Shown here: positions 62,459 through 64,000 of the stretch, one piece after another
Position numbering within the stretch: the first letter of the stretch is position 1
How the letters are laid out: every line of letters begins with the position of its first letter
Assembly (NCBI GenBank): GCA_010909165.1
Contig: VJWM01000019.1
Span: 1,364,001-1,428,000 of the forward strand
DNA: 64,000 nt
DNA from: Anthoceros angustus
Lineage: Eukaryota; Plantae; Anthocerotophyta
Direction: 5' to 3'
The notes under the pieces: generated by a model
Database searches by the model: none
Told to the model about the DNA's origin: nothing
What the model saw: the letters and a program-made list of their open reading frames with translations, nothing else
Program-made: the position numbers and the translations under genes

Positions 62459-63640
62459 CAATCTCGGGTGCAGCATTATTCAGGCAGATGGCCATAAATA
62501 TCACAAATTATACAGTGTACAGTGCTGCAATCTTGTCGCTTGTCGTGTCACGGACACCAGATACATGTGCAGCAGGTTGGAGACGGTCTTTTGTCCGTTA
62601 GGTGTAACTTGCCAATAAGATTTTACAGATGTGTAGAGATGTTGAATGTTGCTCAGCGACTAGATTCAGCAGCCATGCGTGCAAATAAAGGTGTGTTGAA
62701 TCTGAGTCTGGCAATTAGAAGCAAGCAAGCTCGGAAGCACAGGTATTAGGACTGGTTTATTGACCGCAGCATTGATCAATTCGACCTAGATGCTGACAGG
62801 CATACAGAATATAAGCTTCCTTGGAATTTGTGTCATGGAACTAGCTGAATCGACCACGGGCAGGGAGTGGCGTGAGGCTTCCAGCGTGAGCGGATCACTG
62901 CTTCCCCAGAATGGTCCCTTGTGGATTTGATTGGTTTGTGGTTCAAGTAATATGCTAAGCGCTACTTTGAAGCTAATGAAAGAATGGGGTGAGATGGGCT
63001 GCAAGATTGGAGTCTTGGCCAATTGGTTTGGTGTAAAGTAACACCCATATGTGAGGCTTAGGTCTACGCAGTGTCCTCCTCCAAGAGCGGAAGAAATCAT
63101 AAGGGTAGATGCCCCTAGTAAAGGGGCTACTTGAGAACCTCCCCTCCCCCTCATCACACCATTTCATGGACAACATGGTTGGTGCCAAATCATGGCACAT
63201 CCCCAGTACATCGCCCTCACCGGTTCCAAAGTGCCACGAGAAGGCATAGTTGTGAACCATGCCATATCTTTGTGACATTGGAAATGGTACCACTCTAGTC
63301 TCCTCCAATTTGGTACACCATACAAAACAAACAAGTAACAAAATTGATAAAATTCAAGATTTCCTTTGGGGAAAAGTAGCGAACACATGAATAAACAAGT
63401 AATGCATTCCAAGTTCACTTTCCTCCGACGCGAGAGGTTCAACCAGGACGCGGGGTGATCTTCAACGGTGTGCCGTCTTTAAGGAGCGGAATTTTGTGTA
63501 GAGATGCGATCGGCTGTGGCTGCAGGTCTGGACATGTTGGCCGGCATTTTGTGCTGTGAGACGTGGTCATTATCACATCAATGGGGTAGCCATAGTAAGG
63601 AAAGTAGGGTTGGATAGCAATCGTGACGTGGGCTCGAGAG

Positions 63641-64000
63641 ATGGGCTCCATGCACTTCTTTTGCGGGGTCCCCAGCTGTGATAGTCAGCTGCGGAAGGAG
63701 GCAGGTTTCAGCTCTCGTCGGTCTGGCTATCTCGCTGCAGCTGCGTTTCGGGTCAATTCTTGTTCCTCGAAAACGACACTGTTCCTAGGTTCTTCAAAAG
63801 TGCAGGATTTCTCCACGGATGAGCTGCCTCACAAGGTGCTCCTGCAGGCCTCTGTGGCCAAGGTACAAACCTTTCTCTGTGTTTCAGGTCGTCGTCGATG
63901 TTGTTACGATTTGTGTGGAGGGGCTGACGGTAGTTGGCCATGCTGCTGTTTGACATGCAGACACTGGCAGGACAAGTTGAAGGGGGATCCCTGGAACAGC
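63641..64000 (+). CDS. 5' end of a gene running off the window; transit-peptide-like N-terminus; probable intron 63863-63960
   Basis: MGSMHFFCGVPS...SSRRSGYLAAAAFRVNSCSS; frame open; GT-AG phase-0 intron. Confidence 0.5.
   Translation, partial: MGSMHFFCGVPSCDSQLRKEAGFSSRRSGYLAAAAFRVNSCSSKTTLFLGSSKVQDFSTDELPHKVLLQASVAKVQTFLCVSGRRRCCYDLCGGADGSWPCCCLTCRHWQDKLKGDPWNS

Overview
Nuclear genome window from a land plant with a compact genome: GC-rich genes, short GT-AG introns and LTR retroelements primed by tRNA-iMet. PLS-class PPR genes with lengthened L motifs and a 'PGxSWWTD' PG box suggest a seed-free plant, most likely a hornwort (inference). Genes in order: GDSL lipase (-); MED26/TFIIS-N protein (-); an ~18 kb AT-rich retroelement graveyard; an M1AP-like gene (+); an uncharacterised plant protein (-); an ABC-F ATPase (-) head-to-head with BolA (+); a 615-aa orphan (+); TBL acetyltransferase (-); SPT2 (+); a PPR cluster (three pseudogenes, one long ORF) mixed with a GNA-lectin pseudogene and an RT-less Copia; a tRNA-like element; a spliced fungal-type Hva1/DUF2945 Tudor gene (+); and the start of one more gene. 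The graveyard holds a full-length Ty3/Gypsy chromovirus (12856-20363, TSD ACATC), Copia and Gypsy relics and a thymidine kinase relic. The most notable items are the Hva1-like gene, the thymidine kinase among retroelement fragments, the tRNA-Pro-like body with an ACC anticodon, the M1AP homologue and the orphan with a HEPN-like tail. All family assignments come from motif recognition by eye; no database searches were run.
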